DNA of 63,487 nt, the filler included, from Octopus bimaculoides (Eukaryota), in assembly GCF_001194135.2 (NCBI RefSeq). It is 6 parts of 4 records of this genome, joined end to end, with 100 filler letters (N's around TTAATTAATTAA, not from the genome) between each part and the next. Parts side by side here need not be neighbours in the genome. Positions count along the whole stretch, not along the records: positions 1 to 12,125 come from NC_068981.1; 5 more parts are not named here. One strand, 5' to 3'. Within the stretch, counting starts at the first letter, position 1, and each line of letters opens with the position of its first letter. Below, in pieces: positions 1-12,125 of the stretch. The position numbers were made by a program, and so were the translations under genes. The notes under the pieces were generated by a model, which was given only the letters and a program-made list of their open reading frames with translations, was not told the origin of the DNA and searched no databases.

Positions 1-56
1 TATATATATACTTACATATATATATATATATACATAATTACATATATATGTTCATT

Positions 57-101
<45 letters not shown>

Positions 102-2036
102 TTTTTGCCTTTATTATGTATCGATGTAATTACGAGATGTCCTGTGCGAAGGTGAGAGCCACTGAAGGTAGAATATATGAATTTGCATGTCTGTGTTGTG
201 TCTATTTGTATTTATAGATAATACTTATTTATATCAAATATATACATGTATGTCTACATATATATATATGCATACATATTTATAAACATACATATACAAG
301 TATATGAACGTATGTATATACATATGTACATACTGACATACATATGTATATTTATCTATTATTTATATCTGTATTTGAATTTCGTGTAAACACACACAAA
401 GAGAAAACCCACACACACACACGCACAGTGTGAGGGAAGGAGGAAAATGGTTTGGGGCTGCATCAATATTGATTCAGAAAATGCCTGATGGTGAGTGCAA
501 AAAAAGGACCTGTGGCGTGGCGGCGGGGCATCTCCCTCTACCCCCCCCCCCATATATACATGCATGCATACATACATACATATATATATATGTCTATATA
601 TGCAACTGCTTGCGGCAGGAGATGTTAATAAACAGGTCTTGTTATACAACCCTCCATTTCTACATCCAGATCACGGCATTGTAAAAACGAACTACTACTT
701 AACAAATTTGGGACACACTTCCTCATTAAACTCTATTATTATCATCAATGTATTGCTTGTTCCTTGAGGTAGGGGTCGCGGGGGGGGGGAGGCCAAGGTT
801 TGCTTCGATTTCATTTTCTGTTTTTGATTTTTTTTGTTTCTTTTTTTGTTTTTGTTTAGTTAGGATTGGGTATTGTGATGTAGCGATTAGGGGGTGCGGG
901 GTGGGAATGGATGTTGAGTGGGAGTTGAGAATCTTCTTCTAGGAATGTTTATCCGTTATTTTTCATGGCAAGAACCTTGAGCTAAAAACAAAATCACTAA
1001 TTCATTCTTTAGTGTATTTACATACATGTAGATATATCAGAATATCTATATATGTGTGTGTGTGTATGTGTATATATANNNNNNNNNNNNNNNNNNNNNN
1101 NNNNNNNNNNNNNNNNNNNNNNNNNNNNNNNNNNNNNNNNNNNNNNNNNNNNNNNNNNNNNNNNNNNNNNNNNNNNNNNNNNNNNNNNNNNNNNNNNNNN
1201 NNNNNNNNNNNNNNNNNNNNNNNNNNNNNNNNNNNNNNNNNNNNNNNNNNNNNNNNNNNNNNNNNNNNNNNNNNNNNNNNNNNNNNNNNNNNNNNNNNNN
1301 NNNNNNNNNNNNNNNNNNNNNNNNNNNNNNNNNNNNNNNNNNNNNNNNNNNNNNNNNNNNNNNNNNNNNNNNNNNNNNNNNNNNNNNNNNNNNNNNNNNN
1401 NNNNNNNNNNNNNNNNNNNNNNNNNNNNNNNNNNNNNNNNNNNNNNNNNNNNNNNNNNNNNNNNNNNNNNNNNNNNNNNNNNNNNNNNNNNNNNNNNNNN
1501 NNNNNNNNNNNNNNNNNNNNNNNNNNNNNNNNNNNNNNNNNNNNNNNNNNNNNNNNNNNNNNNNNNNNNNNNNNNNNNNNNNNNNNNNNNNNNNNNNNNN
1601 NNNNNNNNNNNNNNNNNNNNNNNNNNNNNNNNNNNNNNNNNNNNNNNNNNNNNNNNNNNNNNNNNNNNNNNNNNNNNNNNNNNNNNNNNNNNNNNNNNNN
1701 NNNNNNNNNNNNNNNNNNNNNNNNNNNNNNNNNNNNNNNNNNNNNNNNNNNNNNNNNNNNNNNNNNNNNNNNNNNNNNNNNNNNNNNNNNNNNNNNNNNN
1801 NNNNNNNNNNNNNNNNNNNNNNNNNNNNNNNNNNNNNNNGATAAGGTATGAAGTAGAGAGTGAATTGGACGAATGAAAATAGACATGAGATATGCAGGGA
1901 CATTGCATCTGTAAATGACTTACCTCTGTCTCTAAAATTGCTGGTCTCGTGCCAAAATTTGAAACCATTATTATTATTTGTTGTTTTTGTATTGTTTTCT
2001 TTTATTGTTGAACGTCTGTATATTATAGAAAACGGT

Positions 2037-2249
2037 TAAGGCGGTGAGCTGGCAGAATCGTTAGCACGCCGGGCGAAATGCTTAGCAGTGTTTCGTTTGT
2101 CTTTACTTTCTGAGTTCAAATTCCAAAAGTCGACTTTGCCTTTCATCCTTTCGGGGACGATAAATTAAGTACCAGTTGCGTACTGGGGTCGATCTAATCG
2201 ACTGGCCCCTCCCACAAAATTTCAGGCCTTGTACCTTAGTGTAGAAAGG
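2037..2249 (+). mobile_element. tRNA-derived SINE family A (Meta/MESC-like central domain), full copy
   Basis: Head GGCGGTGAGCTGGCAGAATCGTTAGC, B-box-like GAGTTCAAATTC, core GACTTTGCCTTTCATCCTTTCGGGG..GATAAATTAAGTACCAG. Perfect 17-bp TSD ATATTATAGAAAACGGT at 2020-2036 and 2250-2266. Confidence 0.9.
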
Positions 2250-2310
2250 ATATTATAGAAAACGGTGGCAATAGAGTTCAAAGGTTAAATGTCAACACTA
2301 AAACTTGTTT

Positions 2311-2735
2311 CAAACCTTAGCAGGAGACCAGCAATTTTAAGGTGAGTAAGGGAGTTACATCGATCCTAAGTGCTCAGCAGGTACTTATTTTATCGACCCC
2401 GAAAGGATGAAAGGCAAAGATGACCTCGGCAGAATTTGAAATCAGAACGTAAAAAGCTGGTAAAATATCGCAAATTACTTCGTCGGGTGCGCTAACGATT
2501 CTGCTAATTCGCCACCTTAATATCAAATTTTGGCACAAAACCAAAAATTGGGGGGGGGGGGGAGTTGATATCATCGATCCCAGTGCATGACTGGTACTTA
2601 TTTTATCGACCCTGAAAGGATGAAAGGCAAAGCGGATCTCGGCAAATATTGAACTCAGAACATACAGAGCCGGAAGGAATAACGCGAAGTAATTTATCGG
2701 ATGCGCTAACGATTCTTCTAACACGCAGCCATAAT
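2311..2735 (-). mobile_element. Two tandem, diverged SINE A copies
   Basis: Reverse-complement core GTACTTATTTTATCGACCC..GAAAGGATGAAAGGCAAAG occurs twice (about 2380 and 2595), each with head remnant GCGCTAACGATTC. Confidence 0.85.
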
Positions 2736-3179
2736 ACGAACAGCAATAATGGCAAAGTTATCGAACTGTTGCGTTAGAAATATTTTAATCCGCCCTGATG
2801 TTTTGAGTTTAAAATTCCTCTTCAAAAGTTTTAAAGAAGAGGGGAGATATACATCACCTATCCCTCCTGTGTCTGCGTGTCAAATCTTTGTCTGTGATAA
2901 TAGAATTATCAAGTGTTTAAATGTGTAGAAATTTCTTTTCAACAGTTTTATGAGAGTTTATATTTCATCACTAAGTGACCCTCCCTATTTCTGAAGTATA
3001 TATAACAAATTCTTTTGTTATTGTACAAAAGTGTTCTTGTACACAATATCCTTCGTTGTGGAGTTTGGCTTGTAGTTTCTGCTGTTATTTTCAGGTTTCT
3101 GCTGTCGTGTACAGTGAAGTGTGTTATTGTGTTTGGTGACGAATACATTTCATTGGTGCTGTGTGACTGGTGTTTAGTA

Positions 3180-3930
3180 TCAGAGAAGTTCTGTGACTGA
3201 AATAACCAGCTGCCTCATAAAAGCGATGGGAGTTATAGAGGAACACAGAAAGTGCTCAAATGTTTCCTCTGCGGCGAAAAAGACTATTTTAAACCCTTCT
3301 TCCTCCAAAAGATATGAAGTTGTGTTTGGTGGAATGAGAACAATTTCAACAGGTACGCACGTTAGAAATGAAACGAGACTTGCAGGTTGGCCGTCCACGT
3401 ATGTTTTCCAAAGAGCACAGTTGCTTTGAGTTGGACATTATTCTTCTCACAGTAACGTTTCACAGCAGGACAGAAATGCTCAACATACGATTCAGCAAAT
3501 AAATGCTATGTAACTCAAGTTTTTCCGTTAGATTTCCATATAACACATTGACTATATTTGGCGATACATTTTACTACTCTTGGACTATCAGAATGATAAG
3601 ACAACCCAATAGCTTAAGTTCCAAGTTGCTGTGTACTCTGGTGCCTTTTTACCTTTCTTTGAGAGAACAGTTCTGAATGTAAGGCGGTCCAAAATAAACC
3701 AAATTCGTTCACATATATAGATTCAGATTTTGTGGGTATTCACATTTTTCTAAAATTCCCTTCAGTTTTGCTAGAAATTTCAATACAGTATGGATACCAG
3801 CACTTGTTGATTTTTCCTGCAATCAGAACATTATGAAGAAGAGAAAACAGTTTCTTTAACTTTTCAAATAATCCCCGAGAAGCAAGATACATTTGAATTA
3901 CTTCCTCGGCTTCTTAACGCTTTTGGCTGA
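3180..3930 (-). pseudogene. Degenerate Tigger/pogo (DDE_1) transposase
   Basis: Minus-strand translation across frameshifts gives ASRGLFEKLKK.FSLHNV, VNEFGLFW, YHSDSPR, WKSNGKT*VT, HFCPAVKRYCEKNNVQLKA and VEIVLIPPNTTS, in the order of the pogo/Tigger motifs. Confidence 0.8.
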
Positions 3931-4166
3931 ATATAACCCTGAGGGAGTGGTGAATAAATACTATGGCGTATCACCCACCAAAACACTTAACTTATACTTT
4001 ATCTTCTCAATGATTTTACTGCGTGGCCATCTTAGTTTTGAGCTGTTGTGTTCACTTGAATTTTAAATGAACGCTTATTATATTAGACCGATTCATTATG
4101 GTTTACAAAATTGACAGTGCAAGTCCAGGTGTTTAGGTGTTTTTGCTCAATAAACACCCACAACAC

Positions 4167-4293
4167 CTGGATGAACTGAAGGCAAGGATTATGGCAGCAT
4201 TCACCAACCAAGGAGACCGTCCAGAATAGCTGCAGGAGATTCCATAGTCATCTGGAGGCCATGGTTGAAGCCAATGGCGATTTTATTGAATAA
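4167..4293 (+). pseudogene. C-terminal remnant of a Tc1/mariner transposase
   Basis: LDELKARIMAAFTN [frameshift] KETVQNSCRRFHSHLEAMVEANGDFIE*, stop at 4291-4293; resembles the typical Tc1/mariner C-terminal helix ending in NG..FE. Confidence 0.7.
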
Positions 4294-4534
4294 ATTTACT
4301 CCTTAGTATTCAAGACATTTTTATGTAATTTTGATAAATACAAAATAAGACGTCAGAGTTATTTTCATTTTTGCGTAATTTAAACGAGAGTTTATGTATG
4401 CTGACTGCCAATTTATGTATCGACTCCGAAAGGGTAAAAGGGGAATTTGACCCCTGCGTAAAGAAACACAACAAAGGTCAGAAATAATTTTATGTTATTC
4501 TAACAGCTTAAACAATTCGCCACCTACACACGCA

Positions 4535-4606
4535 TGCACGCACATGCACACACATGCACACACATGCACACACATGCACACACATGCACACACATGCACA
4601 CACATA
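4535..4606. repeat. 10-bp tandem repeat (CACACATGCA)n
   Basis: About 7 near-perfect units read directly; explains the MHTHAHT pseudo-ORFs. Confidence 0.9.
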
Positions 4607-4997
4607 CACGCTACACACATGCATGTACACACTTTCACACACACACGCAGACAAACACATACGCACACACTATCTCACTCTCACTCACATTCTCGCACAC
4701 ACACGTACATACACCCACACACACATACGTGTGGATGACTTTATGTACACACACACCGATACGTGTGTATGAGCTATATATATATTGTGTGTGTACGAAT
4801 GTGCATGCATTTGTGTGTCTGTGTATATATATATTTATTGTGCGTGTGTATATATATATATATGTATATATATATAGCCATGCATACATATACACGTATA
4901 AATACATACATTCATACATATATGTATATTATATATAGCTATCTAAGTATATAAGCATACATATGTATGTATGTATATATATTTACATGCACGCACG

Positions 4998-5041
<44 letters not shown>

Positions 5042-5424
5042 CAGGCATACATAACATACATATCTATACGTGTGTATATAAGAAGGTATTTATTAATACC
5101 GTATAATAACTAACAAAACTGTTACAAGATAAAGCTATTAATTTTCAAATTATATGAAAGCAGAGACCGATTTTCCATCTAATAAACAACATGAGATGAC
5201 CAGATGCAGCTAACCGGTTTAGGCACGATTTCACTACTTTATCCGCATTCCGACGATCCTTCTGTTTATTTATATATGTACAGTGCAAAACCACTGCTTG
5301 TCTGGTTGTTTCCAATGCATACTTTTAACTCACGTAATCTAAATATTTGACATACATTGCTCAGAGTCAGGAAAAGCCGGGAAGATGTAAGCCAGCGTTA
5401 CGAACGAAAGATAGCGTAGAAGAT

Positions 5425-5870
5425 TCTTCTTCCAGTTCTTCTTCTTCTTCTTCTTCTTCTTCTTCTTCTTCTTTTTCTTCTTCTTCTTCTTTTTCTTCTT
5501 CTTCTTCTTCTTCTTCTTCTTCTTCTTCTTCCATTTCTTCTTCTTCTTCTTCTTCTTCTTCTTCTTCTTCTTCTTCTTCTTCTTCTTCTTCTTCTTCTTC
5601 TTCTTCTTCTTCTTCTTCTTCTTCTTCTTCCATTTCTTCTTCTTCTTCTTCTTCTACTTCTTCTTCTTCTTCCATTTCTTCTTTTTCTTTTTCTTCTTTT
5701 TAAACTTCTATTCTTCACGTTCTTCTTCTTCACCTTCTTCTTCTTCTTCTTCTTCTTCTTCTTCTTCTTCTTCTTCTTCTTCTTCTTCTTCTTTTTTTCT
5801 TCTTAAACTTCTATTCTTCACGTTCTTCTTCTTCTTCACCTTTTCTTCTTCTTCACCTTTTCTTCTTCCT
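5425..5870. repeat. (TTC)n microsatellite with an internal ~31-bp duplicated segment
   Basis: Long TTC run; TTAAACTTCTATTCTTCACGTTCTTCTTCTT occurs at about 5700 and 5803. Source of the poly-S, poly-E and poly-R pseudo-ORFs. Confidence 0.95.
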
Positions 5871-6519
5871 CATCCCCCTTCTCCATCTCCTGCTTCTGTA
5901 ATGACTACATAACTTCACTTTTCTGTTTAAAGAAAAATCGAAGTCCAAGAAAGTTTGCTTCTTGGTGTGCACACACACACATACACACACACACACATAC
6001 ACACACACACATACACACACACATAATTTTCTGGCTTTAATATGTTTGATTGAGTATTACACACACAATTTTGTGACTTTAATATGTTTGATTGGGTATT
6101 ACTGGACGTACAGTGATCTAAGAAAATATTTAGGTATCCACTGGTACATGAATATGCATTTGAATCGACAGGATATTACTTATCGTCTGCTTCTTCATTT
6201 TGTTTTGTTTATCAATGAAATCCTCTCTGAATTTCGTTCTGTTTCATTCTGATGCACGATCATAAAATTTTGCTGTGTGGCCTATAAAATAAGATCCATG
6301 GAGCCGACAAAATAGCAGCTAAATCTCCTCCATCCACCTCACCCTCGCTACCAAATAAATCATAGACTTTGGACTTTAAAAAGAGAAGGATACTTGGATT
6401 AATGTCGTCCTTCATATACTATGCGTGACAAAAAAAAAAAGAGAATAAAAAAGATGGGATGATCATAGCTGGAACGCCTTTCATCATAGGTCTGTGAAGA
6501 AGTAGATACAACAAGGAGC

Positions 6520-6605
6520 ACTTGAAATTTTTCAAGGAAAATTCGAAAGACGGGTTCAACGATGGCGCAAATACATCGCTTGTGATGAAGACTACGAGGA
6601 GCAGA
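6520..6605 (+). pseudogene. Possible mariner transposase C-terminal remnant
   Basis: EIFQGKFERRVQRWRKYIACDEDYEE resembles the mariner terminal W.KCI...GDY.E motif; short and diverged. Confidence 0.35.
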
Positions 6606-6839
6606 ACCTTTTGTATAGAAGACTTGCTCTCCAACAGGGGCAATTTAAACCAACTATGTCAGTTAATAGCTGTTGTGTGAACGCCCCCAGTCGAAGAAGT
6701 AGGATCTCCCAAGACATATAAATAGAGGTAGTCTGGCCGTGGTAGGAGTGTTGAGTGGCAGTCGAGTAGCAGTTGTGTAGCGGTTGAGTAGAGATCATCC
6801 GAAGGTGCTAGATAGCAGTAGCTTGAGACATAACAATAG

Positions 6840-7022
6840 CCATCACCACCAGTACTATCACCACCACCATCACCACCACCACCACCTTCATTAACATCAT
6901 TACCACCAACATCACCAACATCATCATCACCACCACAATCATCCTTGCCATCATTACTATCACCATCATCACCACCATCACCTCTACCACCACCATCATC
7001 CCCGCCATTACCACCACCAACA
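6840..7022. repeat. (CAC/CAT)n trinucleotide low-complexity tract
   Basis: Direct reading. Confidence 0.9.
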
Positions 7023-7334
7023 AAACAACTAGTTGCTATTCATGTCTATTAGATTAGTAAATATGATAATGTATGATTCTGATGTCTATAATTTTTGTAG
7101 TTAGTTAAACAGTCACAATGGTTCCGCTCTGTACGATTTACTTCGCTCTGTTCTCTGGATTTCTTGAGTCTAAGGCAGAATTCGCTGCTTCTGGCACAGT
7201 TATACCGCAATATTTACAAATTAATTTATGGTCGACACTGATCTTTTTAACTTTACATCCGGGTTCTATCTTTTTCACGATGAAGTTTGAAGCAATTTTG
7301 GGGTTCGTTATTGGAATTTATTTTTTTACTTAAC

Positions 7335-7645
7335 TTTTAGCTTTTACTGGTTTCAATCATTAGACTGCGACCATGAATATTTTTTTTTCTTTTGTCGAAT
7401 AAATTGACCCCAGTACTTTCTGTTTGCAGCCTGGTACTTATTTTGTCGATCTATAATGCCGAAACGCTAGGTTACAGGGATGTAAACACACCAACACTGG
7501 TTGTCGAGTGGTGGTGGGATATAAACCCAGACACAAATAGGAACACACACACACATACACACACAAACAAACACACACACACAAACAGTCATACACACAC
7601 ATGACGGGATTCTTTCATTTTCCATCTACCAAATCCACTCACAAG
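7335..7645 (-). mobile_element. CORE-type tRNA SINE family B, 5'-truncated
   Basis: Matches the 3' half of the full copies at 47044 and 59209, including the internal (CA)n linker. Confidence 0.8.
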
Positions 7646-7722
7646 GAAACAGTGAATAAACTATTCACTGTTTCCTATATAACGAGGAACGAGTTTCATG
7701 TAAGCAAGTGACAATCGCGTAC

Positions 7723-7765
7723 ACAACATTGACAAGCCTCAAGAAAGGCGAAACGCGTCCGTCGT
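7723..7765 (+). ncRNA. Degenerate minimal type-I hammerhead ribozyme motif
   Basis: ACAACA-TTGACAA-GCCT caagaa AGGC-GAAA-CGCG-TC-CGTCGT. Reverting three CpG-to-CpA changes and one C-to-T gives stem I ACGACG/CGTCGT, core CTGACGA, stem II, GAAA, palindromic stem III ACGCGT and a GUC site. Confidence 0.7.
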
Positions 7766-7809
7766 TCTCCGGAGTCACTACAACGACGATATTCGTCTCG
7801 CTCCAAAAA

Positions 7810-8193
7810 CTATTACTCATTTACTCTTTTACTTGTTTCAGTCACTTTACTGTGGCCACGCTGGAGCACCGCCTTTAGTCGGACAAATCGACCCCAGGAC
7901 TTACTCTTTGTAAGCCTAGTACTTATTCTATCGCTAAGTTACGGGGGCGTAAACACACCAATATAGGTTGTCAAGCGATGGTGGGGGGGAGGACAAACAC
8001 AGATACACAAATACATGTGTGTGTGTGTGTATACAACGAGCTTCTTACAGTTTCCGTCTACCAAATCCACTCACAACGTTTTGTTCGGCCCGAAGCTATA
8101 GTAGAAGACACTTGCCCAAGGTGCCACGTAGTGGGACTGAACCCGGAATCATGTGGTTGGAAAGCAAACTTCTTACCACACAGCTACTCCTAT
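7810..8193 (-). mobile_element. SINE family B, near full length
   Basis: Reverse complement of head AGGAGTAGCTGTGTGGTAAG, CORE-like GGCACCTTGGGCAAGTGTCTTC, internal (TG)n and (GAGTAAAA)-type tail. Confidence 0.9.
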
Positions 8194-8990
8194 GGAGAGA
8201 TAAAAATTAAAATATCTTTAATCGTGGCGCTGGATAATTATTAGTCGTTCAGAAATCAAAGCTTCGTAAAAAGTCAAATCAGTCAACTCGTGACCTTTAC
8301 TTTTTATATTAAAATTAAAATCTAAAACAAAACCACTAACACCCATATTTCGTTCTTATTCTATCGTATATATTTTATCTGAAGCATAAAATAGGTACAT
8401 TAAACATAATNNNNNNNNNNNNNNNNNNNNNNNNNNNNNNNNNNNNNNNNNNNNNNNNNNNNNNNNNNNNNNNNNNNNNNNNNNNNNNNNNNNNNNNNNN
8501 NNNNNNNNNNNNNNNNNNNNNNNNNNNNNNNNNNNNNNNNNNNNNNNNNNNNNNNNNNNNNNNNNNNNNNNNNNNNNNNNNNNNNNNNNNNNNNNNNNNN
8601 NNNNNNNNNNNNNNNNNNNNNNNNNNNNNNNNNNNNNNNNNNNNNNNNNNNNNNNNNNNNNNNNNNNNNNNNNNNNNNNNNNNNNNNNNNNNNNNNNNNN
8701 NNNNNNNNNNNNNNNNNNNNNNNNNNNNNNNNNNNNNNNNNNNNNNNNNNNNNNNNNNNNNNNNNNNNNNNNNNNNNNNNNNNNNNNNNNNNNNNNNNNN
8801 NNNNNNNNNNNNNNNNNNNNNNNNNNNNNNNNNNNNNNNNNNNNNNNNNNNNNNNNNNNNNNNNNNNNNNNNNNNNNNNNNNNNNNNNNNNNNNNNNNNN
8901 NNNNNNNNNNNNNNNNNNNNNNNNNNNNNNNNNNNNNNNNNNNNNNNNNNNNNNNNNNNNNNNNNNNNNNNNNNNNNNNNNNNNNTGTAT

Positions 8991-9021
<31 letters not shown>

Positions 9022-9632
9022 ACTTACAAACGATATATCTTTTTTTTTTATTAATCACACGAGTGAAATACGCACCTCAAATTTGACAGGCCATAAACGA
9101 AAGTACGAATCTAAATTTCAAATTTCCTTATCAATATTGTCTGCACTCCATTTTAGTATCAGTTACTGCCACCATACTTGTTAAAAATCATATTAAATTT
9201 TCACTGCAAATACAAACCAACCAACTCACTGTATCTATAATTTACACGTAGCTATGTGTGTTAAATCACATACATTTTACGCATATTATACGCACGTAGT
9301 TATATGTGCAAACTATACATTGTATAAATTGAATAATGTTTCCAATACTTATAATGATAGCTAACAATGCGACAGCAATGGGTGTTCAATATTGGCTGTC
9401 ACAAAGTTATTTGGTTCGAAATAGCAGGAAAGGTGACGCGGTCAGGATATTCAGCTTAACATTATCACAACCAAGATTTTCGCTACATGCTTTAAAAAAA
9501 TGAAGGTAAGACAAGGCCAGAATCTAAAATGTTGTAGGACTACAACACTAACGATGAATGATATAGTTAATTTGTTTTACCGTTAGTAGATGAGTGAAGA
9601 AACTCATCTACATAGAAACATTATTGCACACA

Positions 9633-9868
9633 TAAGGCGGAGAGCTGGAAGAATTGTTAGCACGCTGGGCGAAATGCGTAGCGGTATTTCGTCTGTCTTT
9701 ACGTTCTGAGTTCAAATTCCGCCGAGGTCGACTTTGCCTTTCATCCTTTCGGGGCCGATAAATTAAGTACCAGTTACATACTGGGGTCGATATAATCGAC
9801 TTAATCCCTTTGTCTATCCTTGTTTGTCCCCTCTATGTTTAGCCCCTTGTGGATAATAAAAATATAAA
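9633..9868 (+). mobile_element. SINE family A, tail variant 2
   Basis: Head, core and TTTAGCCCCTTGTGG tail; TSD AAACATTATTGCACACA / AAACAATATTGCATACA (15/17). Confidence 0.9.
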
Positions 9869-10314
9869 AAACAATATTGCATACAATTTCTCAGTCTTAT
9901 GATTCCAACAGATCATAAATTATCATAACTATAATACGGAGTATGATAATTACAAACACACGTACAAATATTTATGAGTAAATCATATATTTTATTGTAT
10001 TATCTTTTATGTATTGATATTTCTAATACAAATGCTGGTTTTCGACATCAAAGCTTCAAATGTCCACTCTAAGTCCTCAGGAAGTTATAGACACCAACAA
10101 TACTCCTATCGACTCTTTAGACGTTTGTACTGACCATTTTAGAGGCCCTGCCTAATATCATAGCAATTTAAAATTGACAACTTGATATAAAATATCATGA
10201 TACTATTATTATAGCTATCATCTAAAATCACAGCAATTTCAAATTAACTCGATATAAAAACATAATATCTTGACACGAGAATCGATATCTAATATAATAG
10301 AAATGCGAAACTAT

Positions 10315-10507
10315 TGTAGAGAATTAGTAACAATGATATCACCGTTCTCATGTGACGAATGGAATAAAGTCACTATAAGTAAAGAGAAGTACGTGAAGTA
10401 CCGGAGTACGTAGTAAGCGGTCAGAGATAGTCGTGTCTTTATTGGTTTTACTAAGTATACTATATACTGAAGTAGGCGTTATATCAATCCAACATTTTAA
10501 GGATACA
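10315..10507 (+). mobile_element. Probable 5' LTR of a Mag-like Ty3/Gypsy element
   Basis: Begins TGTA, ends TACA, contains AATAAA (10363-10368), and is followed 4 nt later by a PBS-like sequence and then gag. No second copy is visible to confirm. Confidence 0.55.
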
Positions 10508-10511
10508 GAAG

Positions 10512-10524
10512 TGGTAACGAGGAT
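10512..10524 (+). promoter_or_regulatory. Primer-binding site, probably tRNA-Ser(GCT)
   Basis: TGGTAACGAGGAT is 11/13 identical to TGGCGACGAGGAT (complement of the tRNA-Ser(GCT) 3' end as I recall it); the difference is a CG-to-TA change. Confidence 0.6.
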
Positions 10525-10612
10525 AAACCAATTCACGTGGAGTTTCAGAGGAGTTAAAAAACTTACAAAGCTTTGTTGTGCGAATTTTACGAAAAAAAAA
10601 AATCGTAAAATT

Positions 10613-11515
10613 ATGGAAAATTTGTTGGTCGGTTTGCACGAGTTGCAAAAACAGCAACAACTGCAAGAGCAACAACAGAAGCAACAACAAATAAATACTG
10701 CGACAACAAATGCTTCAATTACTGAAGTCGTCAGGAAAGTCAGACAAAAGTGTCCTCAACAGATTATGTCGCGAACTTCATAACTGAGTTCAAATACGAA
10801 CCTGACGAAATAGTTACCTTGGAAGCACACTACAGAAGATATGAGCAAACATTCGAGAAAAGATGTAAAGATTGGGACGACGAGAGGAAAACGCGCTTAA
10901 TCTTGAGAAAACTGGCGGCAACAGAACATGAACGATACAGTAATTATGTTCTCCCAAGAAAACCTTTGGACATAAACTTTAATGACACAATAGAGATATA
11001 TTGTGTAAAATTTTCAGTGAAAAAACCTCAATGTTCAACAGATGTTGGAAGTGTCTGAACATAGAGAAAAACAACAACGAGGCTACATTATATATGCTGG
11101 TGGAGTTAACAGGGAAAGCGAGAAGTTTAAACTGGACGAATTAACGCCAGATCTGTTCAAATGCCTGATTTTTACACAGAGGCTTACTGCCGGAAAGGAC
11201 GCAGAAGTCAGAACTAGAATTCTAGCAAAACTGGAACATAACCGGGGTGTAACCGTACAATAAGTGTCATAAGAATGTAAAGGATAGTGACAGAGGAAAC
11301 TGAACATAAAGATTGTTTCCAAGTAAAGCAAGTGCGAAATAGAATAGAGATAAAGTGTTTTCTAAAACACGACAAAAATCAGAAAATAAATCCATGCTTT
11401 CCATATGGAGGTGTACACCTGAGAAAAAATTGTCCATTTAAAAGAGCGGAATTCTTTCGTTGTGGAAATATAGGACATATAAAGACACACTGTAGAACGA
11501 AGTGGGCGTTATAAT
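10613..11515 (+). pseudogene. Frameshifted gag of a Mag-clade Ty3/Gypsy retrotransposon
   Basis: MENLL...polyQ, FITEFKYEPDEIVTLEAHYRRYE, RLILRKL...HERYSNYVLP, FKCLIFTQ.L....DAEVRTRILAKLE, and a degenerate tandem zinc knuckle CFPYGGVHLRKNCPFKRAEFFRCGNIGHIKTHC. Truncated before pol. Confidence 0.85.
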
Positions 11516-11920
11516 AAACCAACATATTAAGGATTATTACAGAAACTAACCACTTGATCTAAAATCATGGCATTGTGACACTAATATCAGCAGTATCTAA
11601 AACTGCAGCAAAGTAAAATGAACGATTTCATGCAAAAGGACATGGGAATATATTGACACTATTATGAATAAAATGGAATGCGATGTGAGAGTGGCAACTT
11701 CATAAAAAAAGCGGGTACTCTCACTGAAATTTTAACAGAAGCTCACAACCAGTAGTACCATAAAAATGCGCCGAAACTACACTGATTCTCGTCTGCATAG
11801 CTAATGAGAGATGTTCCACGTTTCATTGTCAATTTTATTGATCCTCACCCTATCGCACTTCTATTTTCCCTCCAAGTATATGTGCGTGTGTGCATGAGTG
11901 TGTGTATGTATGTTGCGTGT

Positions 11921-11961
<41 letters not shown>

Positions 11962-12057
11962 ATACGTACGTATGTATATACATGCATGTATTTAGATATT
12001 TATGTTTATATTTATAATTATATGCCTCTCTTCCATCTTTCAATCAATCAATCAATC

Positions 12058-12125
<68 letters not shown>

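Noticed and set aside
481-496. ATGCCTGATG followed by GTGAGT as a possible first coding exon
   Set aside because: Donor-like hexamers are common and no T-box or other homology supports it; the same holds for sites at 2342 and 24421.
1002-1968. Long ORFs of 200-400 aa in the ORF track (also 8.4, 13.8, 17.3, 48.8, 51.9, 60.0 kb)
   Set aside because: They are open only because they span N-gaps.
5347-5733. Poly-Ser, poly-Glu and poly-Arg ORFs
   Set aside because: Translations of a (TTC)n microsatellite; likewise all HT, CV, YI and MYVC-rich ORFs come from dinucleotide or tetranucleotide repeats.
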